Assembly: GCA_964016885.1 (NCBI GenBank) | Contig: OZ024740.1 | Location: forward strand, 426,436,001 to 426,500,000 | Length of the DNA: 64,000 bases | Reading direction: 5' to 3' | From: Eledone cirrhosa | Taxonomy: Eukaryota | Part shown: piece by piece, positions 15,916 to 29,155 of the stretch | Layout of the letters: every line of letters begins with the position of its first letter | How positions within the stretch are numbered: the first letter of the stretch is position 1 | The notes under the pieces: generated by a model | Told to the model about the DNA's origin: nothing | Databases searched by the model: none | What the model saw: only the letters and a program-made list of their open reading frames with translations | Translations under genes and position numbers: made by a program

Positions 15916-16027
15916 GGAAAAAAGTATGACTCCGACGGCAGAGCTCAAGCCGTTTCGACGGCTATTTCTGAACTAGAAATAGCCGTCGAAACGGATTGAG
16001 CTCTGCTGTCGGGGTCATACTTTTTCC
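15916..16027. repeat. Near-perfect ~112-bp palindrome (fold-back element)
   Basis: AAAAAGTATGACTCCGACGGCAGAGCTCAAGCCGTTTCGACGGCTATTTCT, a ~5-nt loop, then AGAAATAGCCGTCGAAACGGATTGAGCTCTGCTGTCGGGGTCATACTTTTT. Confidence 0.92.
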
Positions 16028-16368
16028 TATTACCCACTCTGGTTATGGTCCATCTGGTTCCTTGCCTCAATATGGTCTATCTGGTTCCTTACCACAATTC
16101 CTTCGTTGTATATATATATGTGTGTGTGTGTATGTGTGTGTGTAAATATAAGGGTATTAAATCTAACAGCTTTGTATATGAAATACGTGAAGTTGTATTA
16201 CTGCTGACATACGGTATGTTTGTAAATAAACATTTTGAAAGCCTTCCGCTATGAGCTTGAAAACTGACAGCATATCACCAACTAGTGTGTTCCAACAGCA
16301 TCTAAGTACGGGTAACCAGTGATGATGTCATAATTCCTGACTTATGTCGTTATCATAATGGTACTGCC

Positions 16369-16503
<135 letters not shown>

Positions 16504-16508
16504 AATAA

Positions 16509-17832
16509 CTACCAGTTTATCCCGGCGTTACTCGGGTTTGTTCATTTGCTATGAAAAGTTACATACAGGTAAACGTGGCCTGAAAGCGAATAAGCTTATC
16601 AATTAAGTGCATAAAGCAGTTGAACCGGTTATTAAAAGTTACGAACCAATTAGCATTTTGGATAATCAATGATGGGTTAATAATCTTCCAATAGCGAATT
16701 TAGCAGACCAAAGTTGCAAGATGGTGGCCCTGATGCCGCTGGGTGTCAGATCTGTCCGCCATGGGTGACCCTACCAGGAAATAGTTCTCCAGATGGCATA
16801 GCTCCAACACCTTCAACACCTGCACCAACATCTATAACACCTCTTTGTAGACGATATTGCGTGTCATCCCTTGAGGACTGTAAGCAAAATGTCCATTCCT
16901 GCTCTCTACGCGGGGGGCAACATAAGGTTGGCCATGGGAGAGACATGGCTCCTCCAAATGGATGCCCGCCACCGACAATGTTTGCCCTTGTGACTTGCTA
17001 ATGGACATGGCAAAATATGGTCTCACCGGGAATTGGGGTCGCCGGAAATCGAACAAGATATCTGACGCCGAGGGGAAAAGGTTCATCCTTGGCAGTGTAT
17101 TCGGCAGAATTGCCAGAAGTACAACCATATGGGTGTTTTCATATTAATATTTAACCAATTAAAGTCGTAAAAAATAAATAATTTAAACATTCCGATTCAT
17201 ATGTCTATAGCATTACCCTTTTATATGAAATGTTATTTTGCGGGTTGTTATTTGCAATAAGCCGATTCAACATACCCCAGAAAAGCCGTATGTCAATACG
17301 GAACTCCAATGACTCCCCCAGCAGTCAAATTATAGAGAAGGGGAATAATCTATTATAGAGAAAGGTAAGAGCGACGGTGAGAGTAAAGCTAAGAAACTAA
17401 TGGGAGGGGTGTTAAACCTCAAAGCATGAAGAGAGTAAAACAGTTAAATTATAGAGCGGGGGAATAATCTATTATAGATAGAGGGAAGAGCGATGGAGAG
17501 AGTGTTATGACTATGTTTGTTGTTGTATAAAATGATGTGTTGCTTAGTTTTCAAAGTTTATGTCGCGTTCCTGAATGAAGTTTTGTCGCTGTTGGGTAGT
17601 AGAGAGAGAGTGAATAAGCGTGTAAGAGAGAGGGTTACAGCATGTATTTAGTTTTATCGATTTTTTTCATAGAAGCAGGAACATTTTTAGCAAAGTTTAT
17701 TACGTGTTGACCATCATTGCTAAATTTGGAGCACATTGGGAAAAAATCATCAAAATCGGTAGAGAAATGTGGAAATGCATAAAAATCATACACACAAAGA
17801 GACAGACATCTTCCGTTTTATATATATATAGA
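16509..17832 (-). mobile_element. Non-autonomous Helitron with helicase remnant
   Basis: Minus strand starts A|TCTATATATATAAAACGG and ends with hairpin CCCGAGTAACGCCGGG about 8 nt before GTAG|T (a CTAG variant), giving an A/T insertion site. It contains a Pif1-type helicase C-terminus. Confidence 0.85.
16832..17100 (-). pseudogene. Helitron RepHel helicase C-terminal fragment
   Basis: FRRPQFPVRPYFAMSISKSQGQTL..GIHLEEPCLSHGQPYVA..RNIVYKEVL matches the Helitron consensus RQFPVRLAFAMTINKSQGQSL..FSHGQLYVA..NIVYKEVL. Confidence 0.9.
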
Positions 17833-17837
17833 TTATG

Positions 17838-17897
<60 letters not shown>

Positions 17898-18892
17898 AAT
17901 ACATAATATATAAATACGGATTGTCATCAAAGTCCAGTGATACTAGAGGGAGTGGTTGTAAAAAACTTACATGACTGTCTTTCTTCAAATCAAATCGATT
18001 ATTGATATATTTGAAACATAATCTCCTCCATTTCAGTTTTCTGGACTGAACATATGCACATAGTTTCATGCATGTGTATGATATATGGACATACAGAAAG
18101 AGTAAATACATATACACACTCAAACACACCGTGTAATAAAGGAACATGTCCACTCAAAGCATGTACACATGAACAAGGAACTGCTTGAAGAAGAAAATGG
18201 TTTCGTCGCTTTGTTAGAAACAGACATGTTTTGTGAAGGACCTAAATAAATCCCAGAGAAAAAAAAAAAAAGGCACACTGGCACACACACGCACACTTCT
18301 CCCATCAGATACACAATCGCACATTGGATGTTTGTAATTAAGAAAAAATAATCAAGTTCAAACGAGTACCCGATACAGATTAGAGAGAGACAGAGATAAC
18401 ACAGTAGAGAGTTTAATTCTAATATATAGATAGGTATAATGGTTGCATCTCAGTTTCGAAAATTGCCATTCCTTTGTCTTTTTCTCATACACTTGTGCCA
18501 TGAACATGATGTTTAACCCTTCAAAGAGCTTAGATTCTTTTCTGCATATGTTGCAGCGAAATTAAAAGGAAAAGGCCCTGTACATGCTCACGTGTGAAAG
18601 TCATTTAGATCAAGTGATACATGTGCTTGAAGCTGTTTTAAGTGAAGAAAGGCCTAGCCCTGGACCAATCCCACTCTCTGAACAAAGGTGACAGGTATTC
18701 AAAAAGAAGAACAGGTCAACATCATTGACTCTCATTGAGTCACGTGTTTTACCTCAGAATTTTACTGCTAGAATGATATCCTAAAAAGATCTAAGGGTCC
18801 CTCACTCCCGGTGATCTAACAGCGCGTTCAGTTACCAAACCAAGTATTTCCATTTTCCACGTCCATGTAGACATCCATCCATACATACATAC

Positions 18893-19349
18893 AAAGGAGA
18901 ATATTTATGCAGAACTGATAAGAAATCTGCAGATCCTCCACCCTGACTATACCTTCAGATTTATACCTGTGATTATTACTGGGATATATTAGTAACTGCT
19001 TCAATACAAATCTTGAGAAGCTGGGCTTCATAGGAACAGAAAGAACACAACTAATTAGGAAATTACAAGTACAATCCATTAATGGAACAGTAAAAATATG
19101 CAAAACATTCCAAAAATGTTGCATCTAATAACTGCATATACACTTGTACAGATACACAGCATTTACACAGGGACACATACAACTCAAAACATACACATCC
19201 ACACATACAGTAACATCCCTACCTATACATGCACACATACATATCTACCTAGTTGATGTGTAAATTCCAATCTGAGAGTCCTGTGTCTATGTTAGAAACC
19301 AACTCTCTCTCTATTGGTAAAACTTTGTGAAATTATAAAACCAGAAGAA
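18893..19349 (+). mobile_element. 5'-truncated copy of the R4/Dong-type element at 27437-29155
   Basis: Aligns closely with about 28712-29155. Flanked by CATACATAC on both sides and ends CCAGAAGAA|CATACATAC. Confidence 0.9.
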
Positions 19350-19575
19350 CATACATACGTACATACATACATAATGATGGCTGCCCCCTCGTTATCGAGT
19401 ATGGCCATTGCACGAGGAGAAAGAAAAAAATAAAATAAAATAATAATAAATAAATAAATAAATAAAAAAAAAGAAGAAATATATATATATATATATATAC
19501 ATATACATACATATATATACACACACACACACACATACTCACACACGCATATACACACACACATACATTAATAAC

Positions 19576-19610
<35 letters not shown>

Positions 19611-19710
19611 CAATAATAATAACGACAACAACAATAATAATATACATATACATATATATATACACACACACGCACACACATAAGCATATCTACACACACA
19701 CACACACACA

Positions 19711-22700
19711 CGATAGCAACTAACAGCGCTGCGATCGAATGTGGCTTTTTAGCCCAGCCAATGATCTAAAATGTCTTGCACAGAGTCGGCAACCAAAACA
19801 TTTACTGGGAATAGTCGGCTGTGGTTGGAGTTTGTGTACTTTTGAATGTCGCTTGAGCCCTCCTGCTGATATACATTCTCTACCACATGTTTGGCAAGCA
19901 TGATGAGTAGCATCTCCAACAGTAGCCTGGTAGTCAACCACGGGTCTTACTTTATGACTGCGAAGATGACTTTCGAGTCCAGCTTTGCTTAGGCAGAGTC
20001 TCGCACAGACGCTGCATGTCAGCACCATAGGAGGACCCTCGCCGTCTGGAAGTGCAACAGCAATGTCCTTCCTCACATCCGGCTTTACTTTCTCGTATGC
20101 AATTCGAGATGTCTCAAAGGCAACTTTTCCCTCATATACAGTCTTTCTCCATTTATTACGATCAGCACCACTATTCTCCCATGTATCAGCAGAGATCTTA
20201 GCGTCTTTCAGAGAGGCTTTCAAGGAATCCTTATACCTCTTTTTTGGTTTATGTGGCGGTCGTTTTCCTTTAATCAACTCTCCATAAAAGAGTTGTTTTG
20301 GTATTCTAGAATCCTTCATCCTGGCAAGGTGACCACTCCAACGGAGTCGTTGCTTAAGCACAAGAGCTTCTATACTGTCACACATAGAGCTTTCCAAAAT
20401 CTCGACATCACTGATGTGGTCCCTCCAGTGAACGCCATGGATCCGTCTGAGACACATCTGATGGAAACGCTCCAATTGCTTAAGGTGGTGTCGATATGTG
20501 ACCCAGGTCTCGCAGGCATAAAGAAGACAAGAGAGCACACATGCCCTGTACACCTTTACCTTTGTCCTCCTGCATGTCTCGCCGACCCCAGAGTCGCTTT
20601 TCTAGCTTTCCGAAAGCATCACTTGCTTTTCTAATCCTAAGTGAGATTTCACTGTCAAGGTTGCCGTATCGATTGACAGTGCTTCCCAGGTAGACAAACT
20701 GATCAACCACTCCAAGTCGTTTGCCATACACATAGATGTTTGGTTCAGTGTAATGCTTACCAGGGGCAGGTTGGTACATGACGACAGTTTTCTTGAGACT
20801 GACAGTCAGACCTAGGGCAGTGCAAGCGTCAGAAAATGCATTCAAAATGTGCTGCATATCACTCTCTGTGTGTGCTACAAGATCGCAATCATCTGCATAC
20901 AAGAGGTCTCTTATGATTGATGTAAATACTTTTGTCTTCGCAGCAAAGCGCCTGATGTTAAATATGCTGCCTGAGGTTCGATATCGGATGTAAACACCAT
21001 GCTCGCAATTCCTGAATGCAATACAGAAAACCATTGCAAAGTATATGGCAAACAGGGTCGGTGCTGGAATATCTCCCTGTTTCACTCCATTTTTTACTGA
21101 GATAGGCTCCGACATGTTACCCCCGACATTAACCCAAGCCTTCATGTCGTCATGGAAAGACCTAACTAAAGCAAGGAACTTATCAGGGCAATCAAGTTTC
21201 TGGAGAACATTCCATAATGCATCTCTGTTAACAGTATCGAAAGCTTTTGTCAGATCGACAAAAACCTGATACAGATCCAAGCCTTGTTCCATGCACTTCT
21301 CCTGGAGATGTCTAGCTGAGAAGATAATATCAGTAGTGCCGCGTCCAGCACGAAAACCAGATTGACTTTCAGGAAGAACACAATCTGCAATGTGTGTCAG
21401 CAGACGGTTCAGAAGCACCCTACATAAAACTTTCCCTACGACAGAAAGCAATGATATACCTCTGTAGTTCCCACAATCGTTCCTGTTACACTTTCCCTTG
21501 TACAAGAGCACCATTACTGCATCTCTCCAGTCCTCAGATACGGATTCATTAGCCCATATCCTGCCAAACAAAGAGTGAAGATGTTGCAGGCGTCTCTCAC
21601 CACCATATTGTAGGAGCTCAGCATGTATGCCATCCATACCTGGAGATCTTCCACTGTTCAGCTTCGAAATAGCCACTGCAACCTCCACAAGCGTCGGAGG
21701 TTCTGCGAGAGCTACTTTCACAGGACTTTCTGGAATGAGATTGAGGAAATCTTCACTGACGACAGACGGCTGATTCAAAAGATCATCAAAGTGCTCTCGC
21801 CACCTTCGTAGAATTCCTTGTGAGTCACGAAGAAGTTCTCTGCCATCCTTGCTGCGAAGCGGTGTCACCAGAGAAGAAGACGGTCCATAAACCTCACGCA
21901 AGAGACTGTACAACAGCTTTGTGTTATTGGAATCAGACGTAGTTTGTATCTCACCAGCCTTCTCACTCCACCACTGATCCTTCATCTGAGAAAGACTCCG
22001 CCTAACACGTGATTTTACATCCCTGAGTTCCTCATGCAACGTATTCCTCTCCTGTGGTTTTGCCGTCAAGTAGCGTGACAGAGCACGCCTCTTATCAGCC
22101 AACAAGTCTTCTATATGTACATCATTCTCATTAAACCAGTCCTGATGTTTCCTCTGCGCCAATCCCAGAACACGTCTGCCTACATCATAAACCGACTTTT
22201 TAAGGGTCGGCCAATCCTCACCAAGATCTGCAGCCTGCGTCTCTTCTTTCAATGTCCTCTTCACATTTTTATCCTTAAGACGAGCAGCATTCAATCTTTT
22301 GGGCAGGGCAACACCAGGAGCCCGGATTTTACGTTTAGTGACTAGTTTCACTTTTGCGCGTACCAGGCGGTGGTCCGTCCAGCACTCAGCTCCACGAAGA
22401 ACACGAACACACTGCACATCCTGTCTGTCACGCATCCTGACTAGGACGTAGTCCAAAAGATGCCATTCCTTAGATGCAGGATGCATCCATGTGGTCTTGA
22501 ATTTGTTCTTTTGTTGGAACATGGTGTTGGTAACACACAGATCCAGCTCCTCACACATCTGCAGCAGGAGCATACCATTGCTGTTACACTTTCCCACCCC
22601 ATGCCTTCCGATTACATTCCATGTGTTAAAATCCCTACCCACTCTAGCATTAAAGTCACCAAGCACGATGACTTTGTCTGCCTGAGGGATATTTCTTAAA

Positions 22701-23200
22701 ACACCTTTCAAGGCATGGTAAAAGGACACCTTTTCCTCATCGACAGAACTCATAGTTGGAGCATACACACTCACCAGGGTAGCATATCTTCCCTTGTCCA
22801 GCGGAACTCTCATGAACATAAGACGCTCACTAATCCCTACTGGGAATTCTTCTAATTTGTTCACAAGCACAGTCTTAACAGCAAATCCTACCCCATCCTC
22901 TCTTCTGGTTCCTTCATCTCTTCCTTTCCAGAAGAATGTATATTCTCCACAAAATTCCGTAAGATGACCATCTCCAGCTAACCTCGTCTCAAATAAAGCC
23001 ACGATGTCAAGATCGTAACTTCGAAGCTCCTTTGCAACAAGAGCGGTCCTTCGTTCAGGACGCTCCAAGGAATCCCTGTCAAGCAGCGTCCGTACGTTCC
23101 AGCAGCCAAGACTAAATGCCTTGTTTGGCTCTATTACAATGGCACGATTACGAGCGGGCCCAGGCTGTGATAACCTGGGGGCCCCTGCCCTTATTGCCAA
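19711..23200 (-). mobile_element. RTE-clade (BovB-like) LINE, near full-length coding region
   Basis: Single long APE+RT ORF; the 3' end runs into (TG)n about 9 nt after the stop codon. Confidence 0.92.
19720..23200 (-). CDS. RTE ORF (APE + RT + three C2H2-type fingers), one frameshift near 20570
   Basis: WNVRTL, ETRL, YAPT, LGDFNARVG, TDH; NYRGISLL, PESQSGFR, DLTKAFD, GVKQG, LLYADD. The continuation has LRWSGHLARM..RIPKQLFYGEL and three CxxC-x12-H motifs. Start codon uncertain. Confidence 0.9.
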
Positions 23201-23399
23201 TGATCTTTTTTTGTTCCAGAACCTAAATTGCCAATTATCTCTTTTATAGTATTCTGGAACATCATTGAATTTGAAAAAAAAAAAAAAAAAAAAAAAAAGT
23301 AATAATAATAGTAATAATAATAATAATGATATAGTACACTATTAATAATTATTAATGCACTCGTGCAATGCCTGTGCGTGACGAATATTTTTTAAAGTG

Positions 23400-23640
23400 A
23401 GGAATGACTGTGCACTGAGCCAATGCCACTCTCTGAGCAACAGTAGCTATAACCCGAAAAAAAGAAAAGATCAACATCATCGGTAACTACTGAGCCGCAG
23501 GTTTTATGTCGGAGTTAACCCAGTTTCCTGAGATGCCTTCTCCTAGAAGAATGCCCTGACAACGGCTAGGGGTTCTTCACTCCCAGTGGTTTAACTGCGC
23601 GATCGGGCATCCAGCCCGATTATTTCTATGTCCCCGCGCA
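23400..23640 (-). mobile_element. Probable RTE 5'UTR segment
   Basis: GC-richer, structured sequence upstream of the ORF on the same strand. CAGGGCATTCTTCTAGGAGAAGG resembles RTE 5'UTR motifs (from memory). Separated from the ORF by an A/TAA-rich block. Confidence 0.4.
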
Positions 23641-23899
23641 AAAAAAAAAAACAAAACTCACTTATTGACACTTATAAGTACGACATACACACACGCGCAT
23701 ACATATGCGCGCACACAGCAACACTCATACATACAAACAAACACACGCACGCTACTCTACTCACTTACACACACACACATATATATATATATTACCGTCA
23801 TTACGGATATAAGATTACAAGATTATGTCAACTGTTGACTTTCAAGAGTTTGTATAGTTGAAGCCGATCGTACTACAGTCCAGTATTATTATAATTGCG

Positions 23900-24045
23900 T
23901 TACAGCATAGAGCTATGGCTCTCCACGCTCTGAGCTTAAATCCCGCCTGGGTCAACCTTGCCTTTCATCCCCACGGAGTCAACAAAAGAGAGTACCAGTG
24001 ATGCGCTGGGCCAGTCGCTGGATCCGTGCCAAAAGTAAAAAAAAT
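23900..24045 (+). mobile_element. tRNA-derived SINE fragment (same family as 2630-3310)
   Basis: CTCTGAGCTTAAATCCCGCCTGGGTCAACCTTGCCTTTCATCCCC..GTACCAG is the reverse complement of the motif at about 3165-3240. Confidence 0.75.
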
Positions 24046-24323
24046 TATTATTAAAGTTGTTTCCTTAAGGCCCGTCGCTGGTGATGGTGATGGCGGCGGC
24101 GGTAGTGGTGGTGGTGGAAGTTGATGTTGTTGTTGTGTTGTGTGCGTGTGTGTTTTGTTATTTTGAGTTTTTTGTTTTTTTTAAAATCTTTTGATGCCGC
24201 AGTTGTTGTTGTAAATGTTCATTTCAGTTCATTCTGAAGCTGTTGTTGCTGTAAACATTAGTGCCGGTGTTGTTGTAGATGTTGAAATCTGGTCGTATGA
24301 CTGAGTGATGTATATACACACAT

Positions 24324-24356
<33 letters not shown>

Positions 24357-24364
24357 CACATTCA

Positions 24365-24447
24365 ACATACATACATGCATACATACATACATACATACAT
24401 GCATACATACATACATACATACATACATACATACATACATACATACA

Positions 24448-24477
<30 letters not shown>
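24365..24477. repeat. (CATA)n microsatellite
   Basis: Direct reading. Confidence 0.95.
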
Positions 24478-24478
<1 letters not shown>

Positions 24479-27404
24479 GAAACGCTTAATATTTTGTTAT
24501 ATGTTTCAGCTGTCACATTGCTATCATATAACACACATCTAAAACCACGCAATCAAGATACAAACAGAAAGCCTGAACCAGCGTGGATGCGAAATTTAAA
24601 AAGCAAAATTTTGTCCCTGTGACGAAGTATCTCACACATCGCAGTCGTTATGAAATGCAACATAGAGAGTAACTTCACATGACACCAGGAAGACCTAAAA
24701 AAAAAAGTTGTAGAGACGATTTGGAGATACAAAATTTAAAACTTTAAACTCTAAATTACACCAGTTGAAACAACAACTCACAGCTACAACAGAAAGACTA
24801 AAATATAAGTCAACAGCACATAAACGACAAATGCTAAATAGATTGTTTGCCAGAGATACTAAATCAGTTTATCGCAGCTTAGGTGGCAAAAGCTCAATCT
24901 CTGTAAATGACACCCCTTCAAAAGAACAGGTTGAGAGCTACTGGAGATCTGTATGGGAAACGGATGACGGATCCAACAGACAAACTAATTGGCTAAAGGA
25001 ACTGGAACAGGACTACTGCCAACATGTCCAGACAAAACAATATGACATAGATGGGTCAATACTGAAAACAGCTCTACAGAAAATGTCGAATAGGAAATCG
25101 CCAGGCCCAGACCTCATTACAGGATACTGGTTGAAGAATTTCACTTTCTATCGGCAAGATCTCATAAGGCTGTTAACAGAAACCATTAAAGGCACACAAG
25201 AACTGCCCAGCTGGTTATCAACTGCCATTACTCTCCTCATTCCCCAAAATAGCCAAACCACCCTTGCTAAAAATTACCGCCCAATAGCCTGCCAAAACAT
25301 AATGTATAAATTATATACTGGGTGCCTTAACCTCTTCTTACAGGATCACTGTGCTACCAACAACATCATAACACCTGAGCAAGCTGGTGGAAAGAGGGAG
25401 GTCTGGGGTTGCATAGATCACCTACTAACTAATAAAATGATTCAAGAAAAAACAACAAAGAATCGCAGAAACATGACTGTGGTGTGGCAGGACTATCAAA
25501 AAGCATTTGATAGTGTAACTCATGGGTGGATTGTTAAGGCTTTACAGTTAGCCAAAGTCCCACAACAACTGGTAGCTGCTGTTGAACGTCTGACCAAGAA
25601 CTGGTACACCAATTTTATCCTTAGAGGTGAGAAGGAGCAAGTTAAGACTGATAAGATACATTACCAGAAGGGCATCTTTCAGGGTGATAGCTTGTCAGTG
25701 CTACTCTTCGTTCTCTCACTAAATCCACTGTCTTACCTACTCAGGAAACAAGGTGGACAAAGAAGTGGGTCCAGAAGTATTTCCCATCTTTTCTTTGTTG
25801 ATGACCTGAAGTTGTATGGGCCAAATATCAATGACATCAAGACACAATTGGACCTCATTACACAATTTTCAACAAACATCAAAATGAAATTTGGTGAGGC
25901 CAAGTGTGCATATTTGGCAGTAAAACCTGGAAGAGCTGTGCCCTCCTATAGAAATCTAGAGATGAACGGCCTGACAATACAACCTCTACAGTCAGGTGAC
26001 AACTACAGATATCTTGGACAGGATGAGAATGTCAGATATGATGGACCCATAAATAAGGAGAGAACCAGAACTGAATACCTCAGAAGAGTAAAGAAAATAT
26101 GGTCATCAGAACTGTCAGCGTACAACAAATACATTGCCCACAATACTTATGCTGTGCCAATTCTAACGCCACATTTGGCCTGCTGAACTGGTCATTGCAA
26201 GAACTAAGTGAGATGGATGTTAGAACTCGAAAACTTCTCAGTCTTACTGGGAACTTTAACATCAATGGTGATGTGGATAGGCTATACTTCTCAGGCAAGG
26301 AAGGTGGCCGGGCTCTAAAATTCATATTAACATCATATGAGACCCGGAGAGTAACACTGAAGCAACATCTTCAACAGAGGAAAAAGGTTGGCAACCATCT
26401 TGTCCAGGTTTATGAGCATGAAAACAAAAAATATCATTAGAATAGCCACTGATCTGGAGGAGAGATATGGAATAAAGCCTGATATAAATCTCTCACCCAG
26501 AAAAATCGGAAGATCCTATTCAATGTTCAAACAAGATGAAAAAATTGACCAATTTACAGAAAAAGTTGTGCATGGATACTTGAGACGTAAAACACAGACC
26601 ACAGAGGGGATAAACCACTCAAAAAGCCTGACATGGAGTTCCGACAAGTTTATGACATCACACCTTGAGGGATATCTCTATGCAATACAGGAACAAGAAC
26701 TCCCTACCAAATATCTGCTGCACAAAAGGGGAGGGCCATCAGCTGACAATAAATGTAGGCTATGTAAAACAAAGATCGAGGATGTAAGCCACATTGTTGC
26801 CAGCTGCGAAAGAATGTCATCTCCTTACTACCTCCCCATGAGACACGATGGAATAGCTAGAACCATTGGAAAGCACTTAAGAAAACAAAATTAACAACAA
26901 ACGAGGAAGAATATATTGAGACAGATGGCACTAAGGAATACTGGTGGAACCTGAAAATAAAAACTGTCACCAAATTAAAGCACAACCGGCCTGATAGTGT
27001 TCTTTGGGACCACACATTGAAAACGTGTTCTGTTGTGGAGATCAGCTGCACACTTGATGTAAATGTTGTCAGAAAAATACAGGAGAAGGAGGACATCTAC
27101 GAACCATTGATGAGGAGTTTACAAATCCAGTATCCAAGATACACCTTTAGCTTCATACCCATCATTATTGGAGCTACGGGTTATATACCAACCCGCTTGG
27201 ACCAAAGTATGACTGAACATGGATTTGCGGACAAAGAACGCAGCTCCCTAATTCATAGTCTACAAATGGCTGCGGTAGCTGGCACCTTCAACATTTGCAA
27301 AAGATTCTTGCAATTCAAGGGATGACAATTTCTTTTCTTTTACAACCTTGCCACCAGGAAGGTGGCCGGTCAAAAATATAATCGAAATTAAGAGAAAGAG
27401 ATAA
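24478..27404 (+). mobile_element. R4/Dong-type LINE (RT + CCHC + restriction-like endonuclease), 5'-truncated and frameshifted, family A
   Basis: KSPGPD, NYRPIAC, DYQKAFDSV, GIFQGDSLS, FVDDLKLY; CRLC..EDVSHIVASC..RHD; WWN..HNRPD..VVEISC. Flanked by (CATA)n on both sides. Confidence 0.9.
24765..27325 (+). pseudogene. Disrupted RT-RLE ORF of family A
   Basis: Pieces 24765-26186, about 26180-26440, 26388-26894 and about 26890-27325 are collinear parts of one ORF. Confidence 0.85.
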
Positions 27405-27436
27405 CATACATACATACATACATACAATACATACAT

Positions 27437-29155
27437 GGGTGGGATGAAGAAAAATCTTGATCTTGTTACAACGTTCTCAAAGGATATAGGAATGGAGTTT
27501 GGCCAAGATAAATGCTCATACATGACTGTAAAGCAAGGGAAAACAACAACCCAATCTAGAAACATTGTCATCAATGGCCTAACTGTTTCACCGATATCTG
27601 ATGAGGACTGCTACAGTTACCTGGAGATAGATGAGAACATATCCTATAATGGTATCTGTAATAAGGAACGCGTAACCAGGGAATACTACACCCGATTAAG
27701 AAAGATTTGGTCATTGGAACTCTCTGCGCAAAAAAAAACAGTGGCTCACAATGTGTTTGCTGTGCCTGTCCTAACACCAACTCTTGGAATACTCAATTGG
27801 ACGATAGACGAAATCCGAGCAGTTGATGTTGGAACTCGAAAAATACTTAACAACACCGGAAACTTCCACATCAATAGTTACATAGACCGCCTTTACTTGA
27901 AACGTAAGCAGGGAGGCAGAAGCCTAACATCAGTCCAGACAACATTTGAATGTCGCATCATATCTCTCCGACAACATCTACGAACCTCGAAGCGTAGGAG
28001 CCCGTCTCTCGAGCAAGTCCATCTGCATGGAACAGATAAGATCATGAGAGTTGGGAAGGAACTCCTCGAGAGATATTCCCTGTGTGATAATCAAAAACTC
28101 ACAACCAGGGAAGTCGCTCAGCAGTATCGCAGTGAATCCATGGATGAAAAACTGCATGCTTATCAGCAAAAAATCATGCATGGATATGTTGCCAGGAAGC
28201 TCCAGAGTGAGAGTAATATAGATAAGGAAAGCAATCTATCTGGGACCAAGAACCGCTATATTGCAATCCAAGAACCGCTTTTGCAATCCAAGATCAGGAG
28301 ATTAACACGAAATACCTGATTCACAAAAGAGATGCAGGTAAAACGCCTAGATGTGATAACAAGTGCAGACTCTGCAGAACTAACATCGAGGATATCACTC
28401 ATATCATCACAGGCTGTCCAAATATGTCATCGCGGTACTATCTACCTATGAGGCATGATGTAGTGGCCAAAACACTGTACAATGTTGTTCGTAAAAAAGA
28501 TAGCCCCGATAATAAACGCATTAAAAGCTACAGCAATGTGGAAGACATCCATGTACATAATATGAAAGAGTACTGGTGGAATGTTCCAGTAAAAACCCCA
28601 ATAAAATGCAGGCATAACAGACTAGATATTATGATATGGGACAGGGAGAAGAAAGCATGCACTGTAGTGGAAATTAGCTGCCCAGCAGATTGCAAAATAT
28701 CAAAGATTATCGAAAAGGAGAATATTTATGCAGAACTGATGAGAAATCTGCAGATACTCAACGCTGATTACACCTTCAGATTTATGCCTGGGACACTGGG
28801 GTAAGTTAGTAACTGCCTCAATACAAATCTTGAGAAGCTAGGCTTCACAGGAACAGAAAGAACACAACTAGTTAGGAAATTACAAGTACAATCCTTTAAT
28901 GGAACAGTAAAAATATGTAAAACATTCCAAACATTTTGCATCTAATAACTGAATATACACATGTACAGATACAAAGCATATACACATGCACACATACAAC
29001 TCAAAACACACACATCCATATCTACACATGCATGCATGCATACATAATCTACCTAGTTGATGTTGTGTAAATTCCAATGCGAGAGTCTTGTGTCTATGTT
29101 AGAAACCGACTCTCTCTATTGGGAAAACATTTGTGAAAGTATAAAACCAGAAGAA
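27437..29155 (+). mobile_element. R4/Dong-type LINE family B, 5'-truncated just after the RT catalytic motif, in tandem behind family A
   Basis: FSKDIGMEFGQDKC, AHNVFAVPVL, CRLCRTNIEDITHIITGC..RHD, WWN..HNRLD..VVEISCP. The 3'UTR differs from family A. (CATA)n on both sides. Confidence 0.9.

Noticed and set aside
16832-17128. Host PIF1 helicase exon
   Set aside because: Degenerate motifs, and it lies inside Helitron termini.
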